Counted from the first letter of the stretch, positions 1-12,611 are shown. The stretch is DNA of 64,000 nt from Laetmonice hystrix (GCA_965235115.1 OZ249436.1:9300001-9364000); one strand, 5' to 3'. The notes: a model not told the origin generated them from the letters alone. A program made the numbers and translations.

Positions 1-2015
1 TCTTACTGCTTTCCCGAGGTCGTAGTATAAGCGTCACAGGCAACTGCATATGTATCCAGCTAACACCTGCTATCGAGGTTTCAAATCAAACGCCACACTG
101 GCTTGGCATCATGAATTACTCCTTGCCCGTCAGGCCGGTGTTCAGCTGTGAATAGGGGCAATGCATTACGGTGACCGAGCCTTCAATTAGTAGCTGCATG
201 TGCGTGGGCGGACATCGATTGGAAAGCTGCTTCGTCCCGGACAACGCCCGACATCATCTTGGGGGCTCACCCAGTGAGACCCGCCTTTACGTCATCGTTC
301 ACGGCACGTCCCATTTGCTTGAGGTCGCCAAACGTAAAGTTTATGGTAATATGGCGAGGCAGTGTGAGCGAATGTCATGGATGCTGCTTCCATCACTATG
401 GCAATGTCATATTGATAAATGAACCAAAACATTCGGCAGAAATTAAAAAGAAAACGGGGTTAGCGAGAGACAAGTGAAGGAAGTATAGCGGAAGAAGCTC
501 CGGTCATATTGCATTATCCGAAATTATGATTTAAAAACTAAAACTTGAGCAAGGTCAAAGATTGGCGGAGATGCCATCAGTGGGAGTACCTTTACATTTA
601 GTCAGGTATTTATGAAGGGTTAGGTATGGGCATGAAAAGCTTTCGAGAACATTAGAACCTGAGGTATTTGTCCTCGTACCTGCAGGGGCCGGGACTCGTC
701 TGGTATAGGTCGGGGCGCCGTGAGAGGGTGGTCGGGCAGTGTTGCCTGTCACCCATTAGTAGCATTGCCAACCCCCAGTAGTCGGGACTCGCGAGTGACC
801 GAACCGTAGGCTGTTTGGCCGCGTCCAACGACCAGTCCTTATCGGCCGCCGACGCTCTTTGCGCTGCCGCGGGTTGACCTTGCCAACCGTGCAAGGTCAA
901 GTCACAAAACGAATTACCTGACGAGAAAATTTTTTATGTCTCCCGACTCCCGGCGACCCAGCAAAGCCTCCTAGAATACCTAACGGGGTACACCAGTTAT
1001 TAGAATAATGCGACATTTCAGACCGCTACACACAGCCTACACTTTATATCGCCCCCGTTTTAATGTGACTAACAGCACAATTTAAAACTTTACTTCCCAT
1101 GTGCCAAAAGGATCCTCCTATATACGTCACAGCATTTCTTGGTAGGCATATTTTATTCAAGGGCTATTGATCATTTTAACGAGTCCTGGTCATGGCCATA
1201 ATTTCGTGTGGGATGAGCTTTATAAAGTCATGATTAAATCATGTTTTTAACGTGCTATAGACCTACTACCAGTTTGGCATGGATGGTTATTCCATGATAT
1301 GTAAATCTATATGATCGTATAGCTATAGTATAAACCAACCGTTTGGGTTGGTGGTTGCACTGCCCCAGGGAAGCGGTGAGCCTCAATGCTGAAGTAACAA
1401 TCAAGATTGTGACGAGCTTGGCGTGGTCTGCCCGCCCGCACCACCACCACCACTACCGCCACCACCACCGTGCACCACCACAGCGAGCGCCGGCACAGGG
1501 CGGCGTCAGCCATGTTGTCATTGGTATGTATCGGTCGTGTAACTCGATACGGCACGTAAATCTTCCCGGCTTGCCGCTGCTCATCCCGACCAGGCCGGCA
1601 ACAGGCGCCGGTCGCTCCCGTCCCATCGCTAATCGCTCAGTAAGATCGCTTCAAGACGGATCGCCCTGTGTCATATTGACCATATATAGTCAGAAAAAGA
1701 CGGCTGAGGCAGTCGTCCGTCAAACCGCCCAAACGACGGACGAATAGACGTACACACAACCTCGGCAACATGCGTCAAACAACCTCATTAACTAGTAGCA
1801 ATAGATGTGCCGAGCCAATGAATATATAGCGTGGACACGTATTTCCTTTATTTATTTGGTTCTTGCACGGTTCTTATGATCTTAACTGACGATCCACGTG
1901 AGCAAGAAAAACCGGAAGCAGTTCAATAGGTTGCCAACCCCAGGTTAATCAACGCGGGCCAAGACGTAACTCACTTCATGCTGTTATTGGAAGGCCGCAC
2001 GGGATCTATTTCTCT

Positions 2016-2019
<4 letters not shown>

Positions 2020-2066
<47 letters not shown>
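2020..2066. repeat. (CT)n microsatellite
   Basis: Direct reading. Confidence 0.98.
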
Positions 2067-2071
<5 letters not shown>

Positions 2072-2183
2072 CCTCCCTCGGGAATTACACATCTGCAGGT
2101 ACAGAACCGAACCCTAAATTATCCAATCGGCACGAAAATTCCCGCCAAACGGATCCAAACAGAGATTGAGTGACAGTCTAACT

Positions 2184-2497
2184 ACTTTAGGTATTATTTA
2201 AGGCCTATGTTACTACTTTGTGGCAATGCACGGTCCACTTTAGGTATTATTTAAGGCCTATGTTACTACTTCGTGGCAATGCACGGTCCACTTTAGGTAT
2301 TAATTAAGGCCTATGTTACTACCTTGTGGCAATGCACGGTCCACTTTAGGCATTAATTAAGGCCTATGTTACTACCTTGTGGCAATGCACGGTCCACTTT
2401 AGGTATTATTTAAGGCCTATGTTACTACTTTGTGGCAGTGCACGGTCCACTTTAGGTATTAATTAAGGCCTATGTTACTACTTTGTGGCAATGCACG
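2184..2497. repeat. Minisatellite, 53-bp unit, ~6 copies
   Basis: Unit ACTTTAGGTATTATTTAAGGCCTATGTTACTACTTTGTGGCAATGCACGGTCC; starts at 2184, 2237, ... Confidence 0.95.
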
Positions 2498-2605
2498 ACC
2501 CATTTTTTTTTATCAGAGGTTCTACCTGTGATGAAACAATGACGTTTGGATTATAAAAAATGGCAGCAAAATTCTTTCTCACCTCTTGCTCTCTGTCTCT
2601 CCTCA

Positions 2606-3472
2606 CAGTTACGTATCCAGGGGGTTTTCCAAGTATCCTGGACCCCCCCCCCCCTTGAAAAAATTAAAATTTAAAAAACAGGAGGGTAAAAAGTGCATTA
2701 TTTTAACCAAAGGAAATCTTCATATTTTCAAACAAGCTGCTCTGAGATTGCATTATTTGATGTCTTTTGTTTAATTTCCCAGAGGAGCATGGCCTAAGGC
2801 CATCTCTGAAGTATCTGAAGAAATCGTGTACATGTTAAATGAAGTGAGCACGTGTGCAAACTGTGACTTCTGTGACACAAGTTTCTTGCATGGAATACCA
2901 GAAACTATAGGCCTAGAGAAGACGCTTTTCAGCAGTGCTCAATATGAAGTGTGGCATTTCTTCTTAAAAAGTTACATACCCACCTATATCTAAGTATGCT
3001 GTTTGCCTCCAGCATCGAACAAGGTAGAAGCCTCTGACTTTAAAGTGGTTTTATGGATTCCTTGGAGGATGGTCAGAATTAAAAGTAATACACGCCAAAA
3101 CTTTCCAATATATTTTTAAGAATATGTGACTTTCCAATTGAAATAACATTCATCTCAAGTCAAAGTAAAATTTGTTCCTCCTGGCTTTCCATAGATAGAG
3201 TTACTTTTGCCACGAATCCAGGTGACGTCATTATTCTCGAACTGGCTCTGTATACAATTTTAAAACGGCGTGCTGCAACGGGATGAACATGCACAACCCT
3301 TTTTAAAAAATAGCAATTTAATGAGGCAAGTTTACTGATGTTTGCTTCCTATGTGATTTGTTCATACTTTATTTCATTATTACGTGACGGTGTCTTAATG
3401 CCACGAAAACTGTGAACGTGACGGTACCTAAACTTAGGAACTCCCCCTTAACTAATTCTGGATACGCCCCTG
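2606..3472. mobile_element. Probable decayed non-autonomous DNA transposon
   Basis: Ends CAGttaCGTATCCAG / CTGGATACGcccCTG (12/15 inverted match), flanked by a direct repeat CCTCA (2601-2605, 3473-3477). Superfamily not assignable; may be composite. Confidence 0.45.
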
Positions 3473-4435
3473 CCTCACACACACAAGTAAAAAGACACCC
3501 AAATCGGCGTTAACGTGTAAAAGTTTCCCTTAATTCCGTCGTTTTTATTCACCTCTGCTCCTTGCAGGATTCCCATTCACTTACAACCACTATAATACAG
3601 ATAGATGTAGCACAGATAGATAAAGCGATGTAAAGGCGGCCATAGTTTCTAATTATTCCTGGAGCAAGACACTCAACTAAATTTGGAAAAGGAGTTCAGT
3701 TAATGAGGGCGGCAGAGAAAGGTCATTGAGGAGCCTATAGATCTCGGGAATGCCTACTGCGGACTCCTGTAATTATAACTCGCGTTTAAGCCAGCTTCTC
3801 GTCACCCAGTGATATTTGGAAACAGAGTCAATTGGCCAAGATGAAAGCTCCGGTCGGCGTGCTATACTGACACGCCAATAGCGTGTGACCGCAGTGACCG
3901 GTGTCAACCCGTTATGTCGACTAGTGCGCCACATGCGATTCGCACACTGAGCGAATCTCTATCGCCGAGGTCAGTGCATGGCGATTTACGTCACAATATT
4001 CTTGCAACTCAAAGAGGTGCCTGACCGCGCTCTGAGGACGTGCTTCGTGGGCACCAAAACAGTACTGAGGGAGAAATAAAACTAATGACATGGAAACACT
4101 GATAATAAAAAGATGCAGACAGGCGACATTTTCTGGAGTCTAGCCCACAAACGGCGATCGATTTACTTTTACTGCAAGATGTGGTTGAGTCCACTTATCT
4201 TTTTCCCATCGTTTCTTCGCGGTCAACTCACCATCGTTCTACTTAAAGTTTTTCAAACATTTCACGATTGAACAACAAAAAGGACCATCGCCGCGGGCGC
4301 GGGGGGGGGGGATATCTCTACATGCAGCCGATATCGGTATCTGTAAATGCAGCCGATATTTTGGACTGTTATTAGATTAAAGTCAGGATTGGTCACATGT
4401 CAGCAGTATGATGTAATGAAAATAGAAACGATGCC

Positions 4436-4651
4436 GTCACGTGACCCTGCCTCGTTACCGGAAGGTTGGCGTTGGACAAGGCTATAGGTGTCACGTGACC
4501 CTGCCTCGTTACCGGAAGGTTGGGGTTGGACAAGGCTATAGGTGTCACGTGACCCTGCCTCGTTACCGGAAGGTTGGCGTTGGACAAGGCTATAGGTGTC
4601 ACGTGACCCTGCCTCGTTACCGGAAGGTTGGCGTTGGACAAGGCTATAGGT
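4436..4651. repeat. Minisatellite, 54-bp unit, 4 copies
   Basis: Unit GTCACGTGACCCTGCCTCGTTACCGGAAGGTTGGCGTTGGACAAGGCTATAGGT at 4436, 4490, 4544, 4598. Confidence 0.97.
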
Positions 4652-6713
4652 TCGGACCCCGGAGTTATGAACGCTGTGTTATCAACCCCGCTTCGTGAAA
4701 TACACATCTATACTGATGACGCATCCTGAACCAAATCACTGTTTTTGAACCACCTAAAATACGCGGCATTTAAAAAATGGAGCAAGACTTTACGTGGGTA
4801 ACATAGAAACAGAATGATAAATTATCTTTTAAAAAAACCGACTTTAAAATGAAATGTGCACATGCAGTTTTCTCCGAAAAACTAATTTAAGAAGGCGTAG
4901 TTAATGCCACATTCCCTCTCATTACAAGCCCCCATCGCCAATTACAAAATGTATTCAGAAAAAAGACTTCAAACAGCCCAACTGATATTATGAAGGGAGG
5001 CGGGGGTTGGGTGGATGTGGGCCATAGCGTGGCATATAGGGGACAATACGGGATTCAGGCTGTGGGGGAGCGTGAGTGGCGTTTATAAACGAGTATAAGA
5101 CTGTAAGGCCAGCTATATATGAGTTAGTGTTCTCCAGAGGTACTTTATTTCTCCGTGCTTGATCCCTTGGTGTCACAGGCTCAGTCTGAAGTCTCTTATC
5201 TACGGAAATAAATGTCCCTGTTTTCCTAAATGTGATCAATACGGCGGAATTCGAATAATTAGAAAGTCTGATATGACGAACTCCTCTGACTCTTGTGCGG
5301 TAGTTTCCGCCATTTCTGGGGGAAGAAAGGAGCGTTCAACATGGCGGCTCTGGTCGCGTTTGCCTTGCGTTGCTTTGCTCGGCTTTGCTTGCTCTGCTGT
5401 GTGCTTGCTTGCTTGCTACAGTACGCTTGAATGCTTCCAGGTATGTATGCTTGTCTGATGATGAAAACGTTTCGGCATAAAGAAGTTACTAAAAGGCAAT
5501 AGGGGTCTTTTTGACTAGACTGCTGCGGTTAGAAAAGGTCATGGCTAACAATTGTTCTTTATTACAGCTAGCAGATGATTGTTTCTATCATCATTACTGA
5601 CTGTAGTATAAGAGGATTAGACCTAATTGTCCAAACTTTGTAAGGTGCCTTGTTTACAACTATCACAACGTCATAGATATTAAAGTATTACACAACTTCG
5701 GTGTCAACTCTTCAATGGTTATTCATCTCATGATGTTGTTCCAGACGTTTTTAACTCTGAAACTGAAACCTCAAGGTTGTGAGCCATGTACTGTACTGCT
5801 CACATGACTTCTTCAATCAAGCAATCAATCAACCATTCAAACGTTTATATCAAAAATCAAATTCAATCAACCAGTCAATCACCAATCACCAATCAATCAA
5901 TCAGTGACCATCGAAGGCGCGCCAGTATGGTCTCTATCATAGTGATATGCTATATGCAAAAACTCCTAACAAGATTAACTACTGGTTGGTGAGTTTCAAA
6001 GTCACGATGTTTGCAGCAGAAACATGGTGGAACCTTATCAGCATACCGGCACAGTGTCCCGGATGTAGGCTTGGCAAGAAACGTGGCCCCCGGCATGATC
6101 GATGGAAGCTCGATCGTCCGTAGTGTTGTAGATGTCTAAAGGAAAGGGCACGACTTGTCTTCACAACAATCGACTAGAACAAGCGATGGAACCTCTACGA
6201 ACGATAATTATCGTCAAGACGCTTTCGGTAATTCAAGATTCAAAACAAAGAAAACACGATGCCTCCGTAGAAAACACATCAAAAGTAATTAATATGTACA
6301 AAACAACACTGAAAGTCAATATTATTCCATATGTGGAAAAAGTGTAATATAATGCTTTTCTTTTCTTCATCTCTCTGGTAGGCCTATATGTTACCAAGGG
6401 GTGGCCTTTAAGTGACCTATCATATGGCTCCTCAGCAGTGGAAACGCCATCATTTTTTAGAACTATCATACCGCACATAGCAATGGAACATCTCAAACGC
6501 CTGTCGCCTTTAACCAGGGGGATAGGAAGACAAATACGAATTGATAGACCTCATGTTCGTAATACCATCAACCTCGGCGTTGGCATTACGGTAACTAAGA
6601 GCATTATTCAAAATATCAGTGACAAACAAAACGTGATGTCGTAGTCACTCCAAGCTGGCGTAGAAAATCCTCCAGTGCGATATGACTATTCTTCCCAGGC
6701 GCTGAAATCTATT

Positions 6714-6719
6714 TTTATT
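6714..6719 (-). other. Candidate polyadenylation signal (AATAAA) for the TARP transcript; second candidate at 5558-5563
   Basis: First minus-strand AATAAA I saw downstream of the stop at 7350. No transcript evidence. Confidence 0.3.
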
Positions 6720-7349
6720 TCCTGTGATAAACCACTACAAAAAGCTTGTATACCCTCCTCTCAACATCCGGCTCTGGTGGTGCACGAGCGACGTAATTAG
6801 CCTGCATGTAACCAACCTATGACGTCATCTTTCGACAGGGCCCTTCTCTGGTGAAGGACAGACAGCCCCTGTTTTAAGAAACATGTCGTTGCGTATGAAA
6901 TCGATGCATACAAGCCCTGCTTGACGTGGTTGATAAATCCAGGTTAACAAACCACGGTGTCTTGCTTAGTGGTGTCTCTGGAAACAAAAAACGTCTATCT
7001 GGGCCACGAGGAAAGGTTTCCGCGAAGATCACGTGACGACGTAGGGCTTGGAGACGACCGTCGCCACCGCGTCACGTGACGGCCCGACGTCTGCCCACTT
7101 CCACGTGCCGTGTCGGGAACGCGAAGATACATACCGGGGTATACGGAAACAGCACCCCAGTGGCAAGGCCGGCCAAGGAACCCACGTCTACGGTGGGCTC
7201 TGATCCTAACATCCTTCATCGCCATACTTCATAACACAATGCCACAGTATAACATTTGCCACCTCACTCCCGAGGCTGTAAGCTTCGGCAATACTGTTGA
7301 TCGGTAAAGACTACAACCATTTTTTTTAATTGCTTACGCACCAAACTTA

Positions 7350-7873
7350 CTATACAGGTGTGGTGCGCCGAAACGTGTCCAACTCCCTAACCGAATGAAT
7401 GGAGTGTTCCTTCGACAGCTGGTGCATATCGGCTGTTGTTGATATGGTATGCCGTGAAGGGTCTCTTGGCAACGTATAATTAGACATTTCCTTTGACGTA
7501 TCCGACACGGGCGTGTAAGTATAGTAGGTGTCGGAATGTGATGGCGAATTCTCGCGAGAGTGGTCGTGTGAGCGGTCATGAGAGTGTGATCTTGGACGTC
7601 TGTATCGACTATGGTGAGGTCTTTCGTTCGTATCCAGCATCGTTAACCGCTCTTGTTGCTTCTTTCGGTAGGCGTGTTTGTGTCTTGAAATATATAGGTA
7701 CACTGAGAAGACCCCTGTTAGTTCGGACCCTATGAAGGATCCTATAGTCATCATGAACGAAGAACCGTACGAGTATGTAAACTTTGGGTCATCGACGGTG
7801 GACTTGGGCTTGTTGCCTACCTCCTCCGTTATAGCGCCGATGAAGAGTATTATGCCTACAAGCGTACAAAGAC
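7350..7873 (-). CDS. CACNG: Stargazin/TARP-like (voltage-dependent calcium channel gamma subunit family) terminal coding exon: TM3-loop-TM4 and cytoplasmic tail
   Basis: Acceptor ttcttgtgctttcag|GT at 7874/7873, phase 1. Translation GLCTLVGIILFIGAITEE...FTYSYGSSF...ELTGVFSVYLYISRHK...EMSNYTLPRDP...RRTTPV* carries the TARP YSYG motif after TM3, a tail segment like the EISMYTLSRDP of gamma-2, and the class I PDZ ligand RRTTPV. The symbol is family-level only. Confidence 0.97.
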
Positions 7874-8267
7874 CTGAAAGCACAAGAATGAAATCATTTG
7901 ATTCACATGGAATAACATTTCACAGATTGACGAACTTCATTGGAATGTCATTCTCACAACGCAGGGCACGAGCACGCGAAAGTGATCATGACAGAATGCC
8001 ACTTATTTTGCTTTGGTAGTTCCGGTTAAAAAACATAACGATATTTTGGATGTTTTTGTCTTGAATTTAATATTTTTGTATAAGCATCGTTTTGTTTTGA
8101 TACTTCCAACAAATAACTTGTTTGATGGAAGTATAGTATAATCCAAAAAATGCTGGGGAAGTACCAGCCAATCAGAAGCCTGTAAGTTTACTTAAGTAAG
8201 CTTTACTCAAGTTGAGAATTTTCGAGATACTGGGCTCACGTCTACTGTCATGGACGAATGCGAGTTA

Positions 8268-8515
8268 AGGCCAACACACACACTGCGATTACCCGTCGCA
8301 CGACGGTCTCACGACGGTCTCACGATGGTCCGTCGCTATGGCAATGAGTGGCCTGCAACAGCCTGCGACGGTCGCAGACGTTCTGACAGTGCCAGAACCT
8401 CTGCGACCGTCGCAAGACTCCATTCTGTCCTGTATAGATGAGCTCGGGCTAAAAACTGGGTCACGACGGTCGCGTCGCAAGGAGTTGCAAGCAGTCGCGG
8501 TGTGTGTGTTGGCCT
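8268..8515. mobile_element. PIF/Harbinger-type (Tourist-like) MITE, 248 bp
   Basis: 23-bp TIRs AGGCCAACACACACACTGCGATT (21/23 match), flanked by TTA at 8265-8267 and 8516-8518 (3-bp TWA TSD), with internal inverted CGACGGTCGC motifs. Confidence 0.85.
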
Positions 8516-9089
8516 TTAGAGATTTCGACCGACGCTTGTAGTTACGACTCCGAGGAGACGTTCACCAGAGCCCCTGACATGTAGTTCTTTGTTTTGCGGA
8601 AACAAACAATACAAAATAACCTAATACACTATGCATCCGCACGAGTTGAAAAATTATCTGCATTAATAGTAAAAATCGGTGGTGATAGGCCTACGTCTTG
8701 AGAAATTGCGGAACATAACTTTGTGGCCAAATCCATCTCTATGGGTTTTAGTGTTACCACAGGAAGGGCAGAGAGTTTGAGGAGAATGAACAACCTCCCG
8801 AGTCGGAGTTTATCATTGATGGGGTGGTTTGAAATGCGTGTTGCGTTACAACAGTTACAACAGAATTATCTGACATTTTGCGCGGTCAGTAGACTCTATG
8901 ATCTCTTGTCATGTCAACTATGACTATGATAGATCTACACAATACTCCGGACTGTCTCAGAGGCCGGGCTTGTATCACTGTGTCTCGGTAAATGTTGCAT
9001 GTAAAAAAATACCATTGTCACTTATTGATAACAGTATAGGATGTAGTTCCGGTGCGCGAGCTTCTCCTGCATCCTCTCATCATAATCAT

Positions 9090-9182
9090 CATGGCCCATT
9101 GTCATCATGGCCATTGTCATCATGGCCATTGTCATCATGACCATTATCATCATGGTCATTGTCATCATGGCCATTGTCATGG
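9090..9182. repeat. 15-bp tandem repeat, ~6 copies
   Basis: Unit CATGGCCATTGTCAT with variants. Confidence 0.9.
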
Positions 9183-9753
9183 GACAGAAAACAGTGAGAC
9201 AGGATTTGTTGCCTTCCTGACAACCAACAATTGTCAACAGGACGTACAAGCCAGCGACCAGGCCGATATGAATAACAGCCTTGTTCTTGACCATTGAAAC
9301 ATCACATTCAGCTGTCTGGGATTGCTGCTGTCGCTATAACACGGCGGTATCATATTCAATAGGAACATCAGCCACGAACTTTTATAGAGCAAAAGCCGAC
9401 ATCGAGGCATGTGTAAAAACCCCACTTTCTACCCGCATGGTGGCGCCTCCATCGCTCGCTGGTTTCATCTGCCACAGACAGGATCATAGTAATGTTTGTA
9501 CATTGGCGGGGTGGGGGTGGGGGTGGGGGGGGGGGGGGGCAGGACCGCACGGTAATCACGACCGAAGGAATAGTTTTAGGGTTAGAATCTAGGCCTGACT
9601 CTGCAAACTTCACTGAGGCCAGCTTGATTAACATGTAGGCCTACATGTTGACGACCGACAAGATGAGGACAACTTTCGGTGTTTTGATGCTGACACCCAG
9701 AGATGCCGAGATGGCTGTTGGCGAGCCAAAATACTACTACATGTAATTCGATT

Positions 9754-10241
9754 TCTTCGCGATCATTGATTGAGCGAGGATGGCGTCTTCGCGATCATTG
9801 ATTGAGCGAGGACGGCGTCTTCGCGATCATTGATTGAGCGAGGATGGCGTCTAGCGATCATTGATTGAGCGAGGATGGCGTCTTAGCGATCATTGATTGA
9901 GCGAGGACGGCGTCTTCGCGATCATTGATTGAGCGAGGATGACGTCTTCGCGATCATTGATTGAGCGAGGATGGCGTCTTCGCGATCATTGATTGAGCGA
10001 AGATGGGGTCTTCGCGATCATTGATTGAGCGAAGACGGGGTCTTCGCGATCATTGATTGAGCGAGGATGGCGTCTTCGCGATCATTGATTGAGCGAGGAT
10101 GGCGTCTTAGCGATCATTGATTGAGCGAGGATGGCGTCTTAGCGATCATTGATTGAGCGAAGATGGCGTCTTAGCGATCATTGATTGAGCGAGGATGGCG
10201 TCTTCGCGATCATTGATTGAGCGAGGATGGCGTCTTAGCGA
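9754..10241. repeat. Minisatellite, ~32-bp unit, ~15 copies
   Basis: Unit TCTTCGCGATCATTGATTGAGCGAGGATGGCG; TCTTAGCG variants. Confidence 0.97.
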
Positions 10242-10976
10242 GCACAAGGGGTCTTTTCGTTTTATTTTCATGAAGCGACATTTTCCAGATGTGAAAACCG
10301 ACATTTCTCTACCGAGTGCCGTCGGACTTGACGTCGTCGGAGCTGAGGTCAGTGACCTAGCGAACGACTATCGACTACACAGGTATTTTCCAATGAGTAA
10401 TTTTCCTAAACTTTTAACCAAACAAAATGAAGACGTTGTAGGGGTGGATATATAGACATGATACAATGTGTTAATTCGGACTAGAGTCTATAAATTTATT
10501 TGTATAGTGTGGGAACTTGTCCTATTACAAAATAATGAAATGAGCGTGCACCCCGTAATGCCGCATCTTCAATATGAAACATAAGACACTAGAGGGCACC
10601 ACATGTATGAATCTTGACAATGAGAAGTCCAGTAAGAGATTTCGAAAAATAAATAAAATAAAATAAAAGCTGACTTCTACTAGGTCTATGTCTCGGTGAA
10701 GTGCAAGACGCGGGATTTATTATTGTAAACTCATTGACATTATACAATGTATTGGGTATTTCAGGCTGACCCTCTACCTCTCTTCCTCTATGATGAAATG
10801 ATCTGAATGTTTTATGTTTCCTTTGCACTCATAGCGTAGCATATGGTTTTTGTGACAACATAAACGATGGTTTTATACCAAATACAGAGATCCTAAACAC
10901 AGAATAACGACTTGTGGCAAATTCTGTACCATCAATGGCCAGACTATACCATCTTGGCGTCCCGGATAGAGTAACA

Positions 10977-11276
10977 AGCCAAGTAATAGCTGGGCCAGGC
11001 GATGGTAGCCAAGTAATAGCTGGGCCAGGCGATGGTAGCCAAGTAATAGCTGGGCCAGGCGATGGTAGCCAAGTAATAGCTGGGCCAGGCGATGGTAGCC
11101 AAGTAATAGCTGGGCCAGGCGATGGCAGCCAAGTAATGGCTGGGCCAGGCGATGGTAGCCAAGTAATGGCTGGGCCAGGCGATGGTAGCCAAGTGATGGC
11201 TGGGCCAAGCGATGGTAGCCAAGTAATAGCTGGGCCAGGCGATGGTAGCCAAGTAATATCTGGGCCAGGCAATGGT
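10977..11276. repeat. Minisatellite, 30-bp unit, 10 copies
   Basis: Unit AGCCAAGTAATAGCTGGGCCAGGCGATGGT; it explains the overlapping ORFs at 10829-11534. Confidence 0.97.
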
Positions 11277-12356
11277 CCGTCTGATTCACCTATCGTTATT
11301 CGGCGTGTGATGGACTCTGTAGTGGTGGGCGCAGTGCAAAGGTTTGTCTGTCGTGATGTTTTTAGGCACGTCTGTATAGTGAGGGAAAGAGGGCGGTTAG
11401 GACACGCATGCATCCCGCCCAGGATAGTTCATGTCCTGGTACAGGAGAGACTATTCCCTCGACAATGGCGGAGCCGTCCTGCGCGCGCAGCCAGAAAGGG
11501 ACAAATGGGGGAAATTGGAGATAAGTTGGGCTAGTTAATCATAGTGCGACGCCGGGGTAGTGGGCGTGTGAGCAATGACCCGGGCCGGGAGGTGCTTTCG
11601 GGAGCCGGCCACTGGCACGGACCACGGCCGCCCCGGTCTGAGCCTGCTGATATTGCCCCTTCACTCTGATTGGATCGGGCCTCCATGAGCCTACCATCTG
11701 CCTTACTTAACCTAGACCCATCTACCCGCCGGTGCCTCCCATCCACTGCCAACTGCATTTGCTCTTGGGCCGCATCAACGCAACAAGTGCGGGTATGCCA
11801 TTTACAAAATTACCCTACCTGCTACAAGTTCAAGATGCCGATGGTGCCTGCAAGGATTGACATAAATGTCTGCGTAGGAACTCCCAACGCGCCCTCCTCG
11901 TATGTAATTCAAACACATTAGCTTCGAGTCCTTACTGTGTAAAGGGTAAGTGATTGGACATCATGCTACACCAGGCTTTTGATAACCTAGCTCCCATCTA
12001 CTTTGACTTATTTACAACTCTAGGGCCTAAGTGATTTGATCATGCTACAACATAAGAATTCAGAGTAATTTTCTCAAATGTATTCATAATGTTAGTTATA
12101 TCGACGGAATACATTATCATTCAATAAAGTGTACTAGTTAAAGATTGTCAGCTACGCTCAGTTAAATTTCACTATGGAAATCCGCCACATATAGGAAGAA
12201 ACAAAGCTGATGGTCGTTTCCGGTTTATGTAATAATCGATGGTTCTCGCTTTTAGTATTTTGTTCATTTTGGGCGGTAATATTACTGCAATCATCAATGG
12301 CATAGCTCACGGACCTTGGATACACTGATCCGATTTCACATGCAGTTCAATCATTA

Positions 12357-12428
12357 TTGTATCCCCAATGTAAATTGTATCCCCAATGTAAATTGTATCC
12401 CCAATGTAAATTGTATCCCCAATGTAAA
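12357..12428. repeat. 18-bp tandem repeat, 4 copies
   Basis: Unit TTGTATCCCCAATGTAAA. Confidence 0.95.
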
Positions 12429-12611
12429 TGAGTTTAAACTTTGTGCACCGCCAGGTGGCGTGTGGCACAGGGTGCGTCCAGTCAGTCTCCGGAAACGGAA
12501 GTTCGATAAACCTCGGCTGACAATGAGAGAAACCTCCATTTGCTCACATAGTTTTTTTTTATCCTTTAGTTTCCTTATTTATTGTCACATACTTTCTATA
12601 CGTGATGATTT

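Noticed and set aside
1321-1368. Minus-frame LGQCNHQPKRL resembling exon-3 LGHCNHKRKVL (paralogue relic?)
   Set aside because: Short matches of this size are expected by chance across six frames of 64 kb; flanks do not align and no splice sites bracket it.
9052-9297. His/Cys-rich HHGHC peptide suggesting a metal-binding protein
   Set aside because: 15-bp repeat artefact, antisense within TARP intron 3, with no supporting context.
10829-11534. 194-aa and 206-aa ORFs with GPAITWLPSP / SQVIAGPGDG repeats
   Set aside because: Generated by the 30-bp array; open in four frames at once, which indicates absence of stops in the unit rather than coding.
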